In this document: one piece after another, positions 1 through 9,770 of the stretch | How positions within the stretch are numbered: the first letter of the stretch is position 1 | Layout of the letters: each line of letters starts with the position of its first letter | DNA from: an uncultured virus (IMG/VR IMGVR_UViG_3300002835_000128) | Taxonomy: Duplodnaviria; Heunggongvirae; Uroviricota; Caudoviricetes | DNA: 64,000 nucleotides | Direction: 5' to 3' (one strand) | Virus record (IMG/VR): IMGVR_UViG_3300002835_000128 | Made by a program: the position numbers and the translations under genes | Notes under the pieces: model-generated | The model's database searches: none | Told to the model about the DNA's origin: nothing | The model's input: the letters and a program-made list of their open reading frames with translations, nothing else

Positions 1-80
1 TGTTCTTTTTTTGTGTATTTGCCAGAAATAAATGAAGCTGATGTAATATTTGGCTTTCCCTTAAAGCCTCCATTAAACAT
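1..80 (-). CDS. 5' part of a putative receptor-binding/tip protein (MFNGGFKGKPNITSASFISGKYTKKEQ...), runs off the window
   Basis: ATG at 80 overlaps the TAA of the upstream adaptor ORF (TAATG); frame is open to the window edge; position matches the cassette layout. Confidence 0.6.
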   Translation of the reverse strand, partial: MFNGGFKGKPNITSASFISGKYTKKE

Positions 81-439
81 TATCCAATTTCCTCATACGA
101 ACAAACCGCTTGCAAATCACCTGTGGTATTTGCTACAAGTTGTATTGTGTCTCCCTCTTCTAAGAATATAACAGTATTTTTATCGATAGCAGTAAATGTA
201 GATTTGTTTGGAACATCAATAAATCTTGCTAGATATGCAGCTGTCGAACCACGATTAAAGGCGATTGATACATTTGCTATGTTCGAAGCATTTAAATTTG
301 AAACATAAAGACTGTTTACTTTAAATAACTTATTGCTGTTTCCTAAATTTGCTACAACATTGGCCATCGTGGTTGTCACATTCAACGTGGCTGTTTTACC
401 AAATATCGAAGTCGAGGTTAAAATGTTTGTGTTTGCCAT
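80..439 (-). CDS. Small beta-rich virion adaptor-like protein (MANTNIL...SYEEIG), paralog of 9771..10145
   Basis: Similar length and motifs to 9771..10145 (K(V/L)NS, IDK.T.I(F/Y)L.E, S(Y/W)EEI). Confidence 0.65.
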   Translation of the reverse strand: MANTNILTSTSIFGKTATLNVTTTMANVVANLGNSNKLFKVNSLYVSNLNASNIANVSIAFNRGSTAAYLARFIDVPNKSTFTAIDKNTVIFLEEGDTIQLVANTTGDLQAVCSYEEIG

Positions 440-448
440 TTATAATCC

Positions 449-1174
449 TTAGTATAAAAACATTCCCAAGCCATATGACTGAGCTCTAGTTAGCCCTCCA
501 GTATTTGCTTGATTAAAAGCCGCATTTGCTTGATCGAAGGCTGAGTTGGCGTGGTTTCTTACATACGTATCTGTGGCATTATTTGCGGCAGTAAAAGCAG
601 CATTTGCCGTGATGAAAGCCGCATTAGCCTGGTCAAATGCAGAGTTAGCATATACAGGATCTCCTGGATCTCCTTTAACTCCGTTTGGTCCAAATTCAAC
701 CCATTGAGCAGAATCTTCATCAGTAAACCATGTAAATTCTTTGCCGGTGGTTGAACTAACCCATATGTCTCCGTTCGAATTGTTTGAAGGTGGTGTAGCC
801 GAGAGAGTTATCTTTGCAGCTGATCCTGTTCCCGAACCAGCATTTGCTGTATATTGTTTGGTGCCATCACCAAACTGAATGTATGTGTTAGATGCTACAC
901 TATTAGCACTAACATTATTTGTTCTGAGAGTACCTGAAGATTTTTCGAATGTGAGGCGAGAATTAGCACCTAGACTTCCAGAGTCATTGAACTGGATCTC
1001 ACCATTTAAACCGGAGGGGCTAGCTGGTGCTGTAAACTCTACAACCGTACCATCAGGTTCGGCATAAAAAAGTTTTCCATCCCGTGTATTGATGGAAATT
1101 TCACCATTGGCCAAAGATACAGGAACATTGCCCTGTACAGTTGAGTGTTTAAGCTGTATTACTGTGTTTGCCAT
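449..1174 (-). CDS. Tail fibre stalk segment with an Mtd_N-like N-terminal domain and NAAF coiled-coil repeats
   Basis: N-terminus MANTVIQLKHS...LANGEISINTRDGKLFY; GEIQFND motif; ANxAF repeats; hydrophobic C-terminal peptide. Confidence 0.7.
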   Translation of the reverse strand: MANTVIQLKHSTVQGNVPVSLANGEISINTRDGKLFYAEPDGTVVEFTAPASPSGLNGEIQFNDSGSLGANSRLTFEKSSGTLRTNNVSANSVASNTYIQFGDGTKQYTANAGSGTGSAAKITLSATPPSNNSNGDIWVSSTTGKEFTWFTDEDSAQWVEFGPNGVKGDPGDPVYANSAFDQANAAFITANAAFTAANNATDTYVRNHANSAFDQANAAFNQANTGGLTRAQSYGLGMFLY

Positions 1175-1641
1175 TAGAACGAGCTACCGTCATTAGGTAT
1201 CGTGATAGGAATATCCGGCGCAGGTTCTTCCACTTTTACATTGTTAATTTTTTTCAGTTTGGATACAGGAGCAATTTCTTCAAGTTTTGTAATATACTCT
1301 TTCAACTTGTTTGTCTCCAGTCCTATTTCTTCCAGCTGCTTTTTCAAAACCACATTTTCCTTCATTGAATTATTTAATGCAGTCTGTATTCTTTGTTTTT
1401 CTTGATTTACCGATTCATTTATTTGAGAGACTGTTTTAAATTTTTCCAGTTCATCAAGTTTTGATTTTAAAGAATTAAATGATGCAGCTAATTCATCATA
1501 TTTTACCTGTAATTCATTTTTTTGTTGGCTTACATTTTCAACTAATTTTAATTGAGTTTGAAAAATAAAGTTCTGCTTGATAATCGACATTAAATTATCA
1601 AGCAGAATCTCCTGGTAAGCATTTGAAAACTCTACGCTCAT
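1174..1641 (-). CDS. Coiled-coil protein ending DGSSF
   Basis: 155 aa K/E/Q-rich heptad sequence; coupled to the next gene; CTAAATA upstream. Confidence 0.7.
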   Translation of the reverse strand: MSVEFSNAYQEILLDNLMSIIKQNFIFQTQLKLVENVSQQKNELQVKYDELAASFNSLKSKLDELEKFKTVSQINESVNQEKQRIQTALNNSMKENVVLKKQLEEIGLETNKLKEYITKLEEIAPVSKLKKINNVKVEEPAPDIPITIPNDGSSF

Positions 1642-1667
1642 AACAATTCCTTTTCACAATAGTTTAT

Positions 1668-3173
1668 TTAGAATGTGCCTCCGGATAGATGTGCGAATGT
1701 TGGCACTCCGGCATTATTAATTGTCAATACATGACCTTCTGTCGATGAAGATGCTGTAGTAAATGCACTTGTTCCTTGACCTAGCAAAACACCATTTGCA
1801 GTAAATGATCCAGCTCCTGTACCACCTCTTGGAACAGACAATGTACCAGAATTAATTACCGAAGCATCAATCAGTAACAGAGTTGAATTCGCAGAACTTA
1901 CACGACCATTTGCCTCAAGTTTAAATTGTGGTATATAAGCAACACCGCCAAACACAGCGCCATGATCTGCTGCTGTTGTACTAATTGTAGTGTAGTCAGT
2001 ATTTGCGACGCCTGCTGTTCCATTTGCAAGACTAAACGCTGCATTGGCATGACTAAAAGCCGCATCAGCAGAGTTTTGTGCATTGGTAATGTTGGTGTTT
2101 TGTGTGAGATTTACACCTTGAATTGCTGTGATATCGCCAGAATTTGTATTTGCTTGAGCATAAGCCGCATTTGCCTGATGAAAAGCATTATCAGCTTTTG
2201 TTTGAGCTGTTCCAGCATTTGTTTCTGCGGTGTTTGCTTTGTTGTATGCGTTATCTACATAAGTTTGTAAATCTTGTCCGTTTAATGTAACAGACTGTGA
2301 TTTTAAATTTGCATGTAATGTTGCTACTCTAAAAGATGCATCATTAATATCAATTAAGTTGGCATCTGGTTCTAGTGTGTAGTTATCAAAGATATAGAAT
2401 TCTTTGTTACTTGCTTCACGGAAGAAACCAGTATGTCTTTGTGTCGAACCATCAAAATAGTTAGCAGCAAAACCAATCTCTACAGCGTCACCAGAGTAAT
2501 TGTTTGCAGCAAGATAAATTAATGGATCAGAGATATTGAGAGTTTCAATATTAGTTGTTACTGTATTACCAATAACAGTCAAGTTACCAGTAATAGTTAA
2601 GTTAGCAGCAACTGTAACTGGACCAGTAATTACACCACCAGCATTTGCATTGAGTGAATTATTCGCACGAATAAAAGCAGCATCAGCTGTATCTTTTGAT
2701 GAAGTGATGTTGGTGTTTTGTGTAAGATTTACACCCTGAATTACAGTGATATCGGTTGTGTTGGTATTAGCCTGTGTATACGCCGCATTTGCTTGGTGGA
2801 AAGCATTATCCGCTTTCGTCTGAGCGGTCGTAATATTAGTGTTCTGAGTTGTATTAATACCCTCAAGTTCAGCAATGTCTGTAGCATTAGTATTTGCTTG
2901 GGCATAAGCTGCATTAGCATGGTTAGCTGCATACACAACCAATTCGGAAGAACCGGCTGAATTGGCAGCACTAAACGCCGCATTTACTAAGTTATAAATC
3001 TCTGCTTGCTGGTCAAGATAGAATCTGCCACCAATCGCTATGACGCCATCACTGCCTGGGGTTCCAATAAACAGTGTGTTACTTGTATAGGAATAAGCCG
3101 GTTCGGCAACATTCAGACTAGGAGGTGTTGCCGTGACTGTAGAGTATTTTAGTTGAATTACGGTATTTGCCAT
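1668..3173 (-). CDS. Tail fibre segment (Mtd_N-like N-terminus, NAAF repeats, C-terminal GGTF)
   Basis: MANTVIQLKYS...LNVAEPAYS; ANAAY/F repeats; GNLTVIGNT and RGGTG fibre motifs. Confidence 0.75.
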   Translation of the reverse strand: MANTVIQLKYSTVTATPPSLNVAEPAYSYTSNTLFIGTPGSDGVIAIGGRFYLDQQAEIYNLVNAAFSAANSAGSSELVVYAANHANAAYAQANTNATDIAELEGINTTQNTNITTAQTKADNAFHQANAAYTQANTNTTDITVIQGVNLTQNTNITSSKDTADAAFIRANNSLNANAGGVITGPVTVAANLTITGNLTVIGNTVTTNIETLNISDPLIYLAANNYSGDAVEIGFAANYFDGSTQRHTGFFREASNKEFYIFDNYTLEPDANLIDINDASFRVATLHANLKSQSVTLNGQDLQTYVDNAYNKANTAETNAGTAQTKADNAFHQANAAYAQANTNSGDITAIQGVNLTQNTNITNAQNSADAAFSHANAAFSLANGTAGVANTDYTTISTTAADHGAVFGGVAYIPQFKLEANGRVSSANSTLLLIDASVINSGTLSVPRGGTGAGSFTANGVLLGQGTSAFTTASSSTEGHVLTINNAGVPTFAHLSGGTF

Positions 3174-3212
3174 TTTAGATACCTTTTTTTATAATTATTC
3201 TGTATTTATCCG

Positions 3213-5309
3213 TTAGAATGTTCCACCGGCAATTGTAGTAAATGTGTTAGCAAAGTCGAAGGCTGCATTAGAATGAGCTCGAGCATAGGGGTCAAATGTG
3301 CCAGACAATGCATTATTTGCTGCAATGAAGGCAGCGTTAGCGGTGTTAAACGCCGTATTAGCATAAAATCCAGCACTGTTGGCCGCTCTGAAAGCACTGT
3401 TCGCATAACCACTAGAACTATTAAACTTATCGTCAGCCGTATTAGCAGTGAAGAAAGCGGCGTTCGCATAATTGGATGCCGATAGGGCATTTGATATTGC
3501 TAAATTGGCCTGAGTAAACGCACCGTTTGCATAAATTCTGGCACTAAGGGCAGTGGTGTTTGCCTCATTAAATGCACCATTAGCATATATGCCTGCACTC
3601 GCAGCAACAGAAGCCGCTAAATTTGCTGCAGCAAAAGCACCATTAGCGTAAATACTAGATGAAGTTACCTTCGTATCAATAACATTTGCAGCTGCAAAGG
3701 CGCCATTAGCATATATTCCAGAAGTTATCGCTTTAGCGTCTGCAACATTAGCGGCAACAAAGGCTCCATTGGCATATATTCCTGGAGAAATACCAACAAG
3801 TAGTGCAGAGTTGGCTGTAGAAAACGCTGCATTAGCTTGACTAAATGCTGCTGAAGATGAAGTTACAGCAGTGTTTGCACGAGCATATGCACCGTTAGCA
3901 TACGTTGAGGCTGCATCGGAACCTATTGTAAAATAATTTGTTCCGTCATTCGTGGCCTGCCAAACATCTAGTGTTTCATTCCAAATAAAGAATACGTTAC
4001 TTAAAGCACCACGGTCAATCTCAATACCAGCATCTAAAGTTGGAATTGCCGCTTCAAATATTGAAGCGTTAAGTGTGATGATATTATCTTTTACTACAAC
4101 TGTTTCGGTGTTCGCAAAAATTGCTTGACCGACGATGGTTAGGTTTCCTGTTACTTGAACATCGCCTGATATTGAACCACCACTACTACTAAATTTTGAA
4201 TTCGCAGCGATAAAGGCCGCATTAGCATAATTAGAAGCCGCTAAAGCATTTAAGTCAGTTACATTTGCTTTTGCAAAAGCAGAGTTAGCGTAAATACCCG
4301 CAGAAGTTGCTTTAGTGTCGATTACATTTGCTGCGGCGAAAGCACCATTTGCATATATGCCAGATGTTACAGCCTTCGCATCTGCAATATTGGCCGCAGC
4401 AAAGGCACCGTTGGCATACACACCCGCTGAATTTGCAGCAATAAAGGCCGCATTAGCGTAAGTACCAGGAACTACACCAACTAGAAGTGCTGAGTTTGCT
4501 ACTGCAAAGGCGCCGTTGGCGTATATACTTGCCGAAGATACTTTACTATCAACTACATTGGCTGCAATAAAGGCACCGTTGGCATAAATGCCAGCAGATG
4601 ATGCAGTCGAACTAACAAGATTTGCGGTTGCAAAGGCGCCGTTAGCATATGTGCCTGCTGAGTTTGCAGCTATGAAAGCAGCATTAGCATAATTTTCAGC
4701 CGATACTGCAACAGTTGTTAATGAAGATAAAGCAGAATTTGCTGCAACAAAAGCACCATTTGCATAGATACCGGCCGAGGTGACCTTTGTATCAATAACA
4801 TTTGCAGAAGCGAAGGCTGCATTTGCTTGATTGCTTGCAAATGTAGATTTTTCAAAAGCACTGTTTGCTACAACGAAAGCACCGTTAGCATATACACCAG
4901 AAGATGTGGCAGAAACGGTTGCAGTATTTGCCTGATTATATGCAGCGTTGGCTTTATCAAATGCTAAATTTGCCTTCTCAGTTGAAGCATTGTTTGCTCG
5001 TTCGAAAGCTGCGTTCGCTTGAATAAATGCAGCAGTTACTTTTGCATCTACAACAGCAACATTTGAATTTATTTGATCGACAATTAATGTTGTTGATGCA
5101 TTAGCCTTATCAAATGCTGCATTGGCTAAATTGTAGATGTTTTGTTGTTGATCTACATAGAATTTACCACCAATGGTAATAACACCATTTGATGATGTTC
5201 CGATGAAGAGTGTATTACTTACAAAAGAATAGGCCGGTTCAGCAACATTTAAAGTTGTTGGAGCCGCATTGGTCGTCGAACTCTTTATCTGAATTAAGCT
5301 TGTGCTCAT
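3213..5309 (-). CDS. Tail fibre segment with long ANGAF/ANAAF coiled-coil repeats and C-terminal GGTF
   Basis: N-terminus paralogous to 1668..3173; many YAN(G/A)AF repeats; DNIITLN...AGIEIDRG domain. Confidence 0.75.
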   Translation of the reverse strand: MSTSLIQIKSSTTNAAPTTLNVAEPAYSFVSNTLFIGTSSNGVITIGGKFYVDQQQNIYNLANAAFDKANASTTLIVDQINSNVAVVDAKVTAAFIQANAAFERANNASTEKANLAFDKANAAYNQANTATVSATSSGVYANGAFVVANSAFEKSTFASNQANAAFASANVIDTKVTSAGIYANGAFVAANSALSSLTTVAVSAENYANAAFIAANSAGTYANGAFATANLVSSTASSAGIYANGAFIAANVVDSKVSSASIYANGAFAVANSALLVGVVPGTYANAAFIAANSAGVYANGAFAAANIADAKAVTSGIYANGAFAAANVIDTKATSAGIYANSAFAKANVTDLNALAASNYANAAFIAANSKFSSSGGSISGDVQVTGNLTIVGQAIFANTETVVVKDNIITLNASIFEAAIPTLDAGIEIDRGALSNVFFIWNETLDVWQATNDGTNYFTIGSDAASTYANGAYARANTAVTSSSAAFSQANAAFSTANSALLVGISPGIYANGAFVAANVADAKAITSGIYANGAFAAANVIDTKVTSSSIYANGAFAAANLAASVAASAGIYANGAFNEANTTALSARIYANGAFTQANLAISNALSASNYANAAFFTANTADDKFNSSSGYANSAFRAANSAGFYANTAFNTANAAFIAANNALSGTFDPYARAHSNAAFDFANTFTTIAGGTF

Positions 5310-5552
5310 TTAAAAAGTTCCGCCGTTGACTACTGGTACAGAGACAGTATTTGCTTCATACTTTCCTGTAGCAGAATTAAAGACTAAAGTTTGACCGTTT
5401 TGAACAACGACAGCTTCAACGTCAGCTAATTCAGACACAGCCACATTTGGCTTTGGTGAAAAGTCGGAAGAAACAATTGACGTTTTTATCGGGCTGCTGA
5501 CCTTAGCACGCCCAATGTTTGTTGTCGTGTTTATTTTTGCTATAATTGCCAT
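5310..5552 (-). CDS. Small fibre connector protein ending GGTF
   Basis: LADV...NGQTLVFNSATGKYE fibre motif; C-terminus VNGGTF. Confidence 0.65.
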   Translation of the reverse strand: MAIIAKINTTTNIGRAKVSSPIKTSIVSSDFSPKPNVAVSELADVEAVVVQNGQTLVFNSATGKYEANTVSVPVVNGGTF

Positions 5553-5553
5553 C

Positions 5554-5889
5554 TTATGACTGTGTAACGCCCGGTAATACTACAACAATTCCTTCTACCA
5601 CTCTTGATTTGGTAGAGTCTGGTGCTGTAATAACTAAATCGTAAAGATATCTTCCGGGAGTTAAATTGCCAGTATTGGCAGCAGTCATAGATAAAGTGAT
5701 TTCACCGTTAGCTGTTCCAGTGACAGTAGCAGTAAAATTATTAGCAGTTGATGAATAGTAAGATTTTCGAATTTGAGATGATGCTGTATAACCAAAAAGG
5801 TTTACAGAATCACCTGCGGAATCTTCTACGTTAATCGTAGTAGAAAATGTGGCGTATTGCTCAATAGTAAGTTCAGAAAATGCAGCCAA
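5554..5889 (-). CDS. Ig-like/BppU_N-like virion attachment protein
   Basis: IEQYATF...GYTASSQIRKSY...GRYLYDLVI...RVVEGIVVV pattern; TTG start with GGGAG SD. Confidence 0.6.
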   Translation of the reverse strand: MAAFSELTIEQYATFSTTINVEDSAGDSVNLFGYTASSQIRKSYYSSTANNFTATVTGTANGEITLSMTAANTGNLTPGRYLYDLVITAPDSTKSRVVEGIVVVLPGVTQS

Positions 5890-5895
5890 TTTGGA

Positions 5896-5930
5896 CTCCC
5901 GGTTTTATCGCCTATTTAGTCGACCGGGAG
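5896..5930 (-). promoter_or_regulatory. RBS-sequestering hairpin with a late promoter (CTAAATA, 5913-5919) in its loop
   Basis: 8-bp inverted repeat CTCCCGGT/ACCGGGAG; the 3' arm on the minus strand contains the SD of the 5889 start. Confidence 0.65.
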
Positions 5931-5931
5931 A

Positions 5932-6333
5932 TTAAGGATTATATACGTACCATGATTGATTATCTTCATTCCATTTATACCTTTCTGGACCCTCAGGTTT
6001 TGGAATTGGAGCATCGTAAGCACAAGTTTCTTCATTAAAGATCCAAGAGTTGAAAGGTTTTACTTGCTTACTTTTTTCAATCTTATCTGCTCTTTCTTCG
6101 TCTGTCATTGGTCTTACAATATGAACATCTTTTACTACACCGTCTATCATTTCATATCTGAGGCCATCATAAACTTCATATATTCCTATGCTAGGTTTAG
6201 GTACTCTTTCAAAAGAACAAAAATCGGAAGGTAGATTTTCCAAATTTACATTTGGAAAAGAATAACGCATATTCGATTCGGTTATTGGATGACCAATTGG
6301 TTGGCCATCACTTAACTGTATAAAAAGTCTCAT
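5932..6333 (-). CDS. Putative tail fibre chaperone/accessory protein
   Basis: Follows the tip protein; C-terminal KPFNSW...APIPKP...YKWNE...W motif shared with 14728..15084. Confidence 0.55.
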   Translation of the reverse strand: MRLFIQLSDGQPIGHPITESNMRYSFPNVNLENLPSDFCSFERVPKPSIGIYEVYDGLRYEMIDGVVKDVHIVRPMTDEERADKIEKSKQVKPFNSWIFNEETCAYDAPIPKPEGPERYKWNEDNQSWYVYNP

Positions 6334-9300
6334 TATAAGTCCTGTGTTCTAGTATTTGGAAATGCTCTTCCTGGTCCCCAAATAATTCTTGCAGCACCAG
6401 GAGCACCGCTACCACCAGGAGCACCATCGATTGAAGCGGCTCCTCCACCATAATTTCCACCATTTATATAATCTTGAGCAGATGTAGGAGTTATAGAAAA
6501 TCCGTCATAGTTTCCACCAGGATTTCCTCCTGATCCGCCTTCTCCGGCACTTCCAGGTAAGTTAGCTCCAGCAGGAGGACCGCAGTGGCCGTTGCGACCA
6601 GACCTTCCTTTTCCATATATTCCAACTCCACCTCCGCCGCCGGTATAAAAATCAGTGCCAGTTCCCCCAGCGCCTCCGCCACCACTAACAATAGCTTGGT
6701 GTGCTATGATATTTTGTGGTTGACCTGAGGCTCCTGGTCCGTCATAACCTCCCGCACCACCACCGCCGGCAGCACCGTCAGGAACACCACCGGCGCCGTT
6801 GCCGCCAGCACCTCCGCCTTCTCCAAAAAATCCTCCACCAAGCATTTGCGTTGGAGAAAATCCAGTGTAATCTGATCCACCACCAAATCCAACTAATTCA
6901 TGCAAGTTATATAATGACTTTATATCATAAGAGAAAACGGTGTCATTATTTGAAGGATAAGAACCGGCTTTTAAGAAAAGTCTTTTACCAGAATCCGCAA
7001 AGGTTACAGCTGTTAAAGAATCAGCAGCAATTGTAGTTGTAGAATTAGCAGTATCAAATAAAATGTTCGAGTAAGATAAAGAGTATGATAAGTTTATAGA
7101 TTCTAATCTATATGGTATATCAAGATTCCAAAAATCAATCTTCGTAGATTTATTAGTTGAAACAGCATGGTTGTTCGCAACCACAAAAGATTTTCCGTCT
7201 GGTCTAATATAAAGATCGGATAATCCGCCAGTTAAAGGAAGAAGTCCTCCTGAAAACTCTACCGAAGATTCTTTGAGTAGACCAGTAACATTCCATGGAG
7301 ATGATTGATAATATATGGTACTTAACGTATCTGGTGTGTCCAATTTTGATTGGAATATTGTTTCATCTGTACCTAAAGAAAAATATAGATTTCTGCCATC
7401 AGGACTCAAAAACAGTTGTTCGATATTTGAGTTATTGGATGGTCTTAAAGTATAATTATTTGCCCAAGCATTAAGATTAGAATTTGTTGAACTGAGATTA
7501 CCAGACTCGTTTAAATCATATTGGCGAATAAGCCTTTCGTGTTGTGATGTTGACGATGAAGAAACATAGGATTTTGTAAAATCTGAGTTGAAACAAATTC
7601 CTGTAGTGTCTACGCCGGTGACAGAAGGTATGTTTGCATAAGGTAAATGGTTAGCTAAAGTAAACTTTCTAACCCTATTATATGTGGAACCAACCATGTA
7701 GAAAGTTGTTCCATCTTTCCAATAGAGGGCTGTCGGTGTTTGATCCATATTTACTGTTCCACTAACAGCAACCGTCACATCTGAATAAGACGCTGTATTA
7801 ATATTATATGGATCAGATAAATTGTACTGATTAATATCGTCACCAGTTCCTCCCATAACAAAAAGTTTAGTTCCGTCATTGTTGAAGGAAATAGTGGCTG
7901 GAGTAGATTCTTGAGTTACTACCGATAAGTTTGAAGTAGACTGTACATTGGCTGTTGCTACATTCCATGCTTCAGATAAATTCCAAGAAAAAACTCTATC
8001 ACTCGATGTTCCAGAAACAAATAATTTGGTTCCATCAGGTTTAAAAGTTAATGCAGTTAAATTAGCATCGAATGTGGTTAAAACTATACTGTTATTAACA
8101 CTTTGTGCTGTAAGAGTCTGAGCATTCCAAGCCTCTGTCAACGTAAAAGGATATACTCTATCTGTGCTGTTTCCGATAAGGTAAAATGTTGAACCGTCTT
8201 TGATATACAAATCAGCAACAGAGGTTTCTGCCCACCCTAATGTGGCAGCAGTTTGAGACTGTCTCAAAAATGTGGCACTTTTAACTACCCATGGAGTGCT
8301 TAAATCGTATTCTAATACAGTACCACCAGGTCCAGTAATATACATTTTGGTACCATCGTCTTTAAACGATAATCCTGATGCAACAGTTGTTTGTGGCACA
8401 ACAATTCTTTGGTCACCAGAGTATAAAATTCTTGTAACATTATATTCTGAATTAGCCGTAGATAACGCTAGAGTTTGTATATTCCATGCTTCAGATAAAT
8501 TATATTCAATGACATTGTTTGCTATAGGATGACTTAGATACGCTTTTGTTCCTGTGCCATTAAAAGCCAACTGACTTGCTGGTCCTAAAACATTCGAATC
8601 AATTCCTTTTTCAGAAGTATAAACAGACGTTGCTACATTCCACGGAGTTGATAGAGTATATTGGAATATTCTAGTGTTTGAGTTGGCATTAGCTGGAATA
8701 TCCATTAGGTACATTGTTGTACCATCAGTTTTAAATGCAATTGAATTTGCAGAATAGTTATTTGCACTTAGAGAGTATATTGTTTCTGAAGAAGCTGTGG
8801 TTATATTCCAAGCTTCAGACAGAGAATATTGTGCTACATTTTGTGTTGAAATTGGAACATATAGTTTTGTTCCATCATCTTTAAATGTGAATCCTCTAAC
8901 ATATTCTGTAGGTAAACTTGAAGCTACGTTTAAAGCCGGTACCATTTTATATTGGTATATTTCTGGCTGAGTAGTACGAGTAGCATACAGATATTCTCCA
9001 TTATCACTAATTGTAAACCCATGAGATGACGAGTTAGCCAAAAGTGGTGAATATCTAGTAAGTGAAGAGGTTGTTATATCCCAAGGAGTTGCAAGTGTAT
9101 ATTCGATTATTTTCCGTGAAACTGCACCAGAAACATGCATTTTTCTACCATCATTACTGAAATGTAAAGACTGTGGCGCAGTTTCTCCAGAAGTGGTAGT
9201 TACATTTATATTTGCAGAAAGAGAAGCAGTTGCTACATTCCAAGATTCTGATAAGTTATATTGTAGTATTAAATCTCCGGTTTTACCAACAATATACATT

Positions 9301-9755
9301 TTGCTGCCATCAAGAGAAAAATCCATGCCATGAGCATTGTTATCTTGAGCAGATATATCGAGACTATTACCTTGAGAAAATAGTGTGATAAAGCTGGCGT
9401 TTCCAGTTGTTGTGGCTGGACCAGGAACAAATCCTCCAACTCCACCGGCGCCAACAACAACATTGATGGTTGTTTTAGGAATAACTTGTAATCTATTTCT
9501 CCAACCTAATCCTCCTCCAGAACCTGCATTGTAATTACTAACTGGACCACCGGTTCCACCGCCACCTCCACCAACGACTACAGCGCTGATTTCGGTCACA
9601 TTTTCAGGGACAACAAAGGTGTATTCGCCAGGAGTAGTATACTCAACTTGGCCAGAAAATGGTAATTCGATTGTAGCCTTTTGTGTTTGGTTTAGAAGTC
9701 CATATTCTTCTAATTGTTCCGCAGAAATGTAACCACCACGATAGCGTAAACTCAT
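6333..9755 (-). CDS. Large receptor-binding tip protein: Gly-rich domain interrupted by beta-propeller repeats
   Basis: YTTPGEYTFVVP...VVGGGGGG start; GAARIIWG end; internal repeats of F..DGTK.Y...Y.LS.(A/P)W.(V/I).T. Confidence 0.7.
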   Translation of the reverse strand: MSLRYRGGYISAEQLEEYGLLNQTQKATIELPFSGQVEYTTPGEYTFVVPENVTEISAVVVGGGGGGTGGPVSNYNAGSGGGLGWRNRLQVIPKTTINVVVGAGGVGGFVPGPATTTGNASFITLFSQGNSLDISAQDNNAHGMDFSLDGSKMYIVGKTGDLILQYNLSESWNVATASLSANINVTTTSGETAPQSLHFSNDGRKMHVSGAVSRKIIEYTLATPWDITTSSLTRYSPLLANSSSHGFTISDNGEYLYATRTTQPEIYQYKMVPALNVASSLPTEYVRGFTFKDDGTKLYVPISTQNVAQYSLSEAWNITTASSETIYSLSANNYSANSIAFKTDGTTMYLMDIPANANSNTRIFQYTLSTPWNVATSVYTSEKGIDSNVLGPASQLAFNGTGTKAYLSHPIANNVIEYNLSEAWNIQTLALSTANSEYNVTRILYSGDQRIVVPQTTVASGLSFKDDGTKMYITGPGGTVLEYDLSTPWVVKSATFLRQSQTAATLGWAETSVADLYIKDGSTFYLIGNSTDRVYPFTLTEAWNAQTLTAQSVNNSIVLTTFDANLTALTFKPDGTKLFVSGTSSDRVFSWNLSEAWNVATANVQSTSNLSVVTQESTPATISFNNDGTKLFVMGGTGDDINQYNLSDPYNINTASYSDVTVAVSGTVNMDQTPTALYWKDGTTFYMVGSTYNRVRKFTLANHLPYANIPSVTGVDTTGICFNSDFTKSYVSSSSTSQHERLIRQYDLNESGNLSSTNSNLNAWANNYTLRPSNNSNIEQLFLSPDGRNLYFSLGTDETIFQSKLDTPDTLSTIYYQSSPWNVTGLLKESSVEFSGGLLPLTGGLSDLYIRPDGKSFVVANNHAVSTNKSTKIDFWNLDIPYRLESINLSYSLSYSNILFDTANSTTTIAADSLTAVTFADSGKRLFLKAGSYPSNNDTVFSYDIKSLYNLHELVGFGGGSDYTGFSPTQMLGGGFFGEGGGAGGNGAGGVPDGAAGGGGAGGYDGPGASGQPQNIIAHQAIVSGGGGAGGTGTDFYTGGGGGVGIYGKGRSGRNGHCGPPAGANLPGSAGEGGSGGNPGGNYDGFSITPTSAQDYINGGNYGGGAASIDGAPGGSGAPGAARIIWGPGRAFPNTRTQDL

Positions 9756-9770
9756 TCAGTTCTCCTGGCC

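Noticed and set aside
3213..5309. CRISPR-like or non-coding tandem repeat array
   Set aside because: Repeats are degenerate at synonymous positions and in frame, so they are protein repeats
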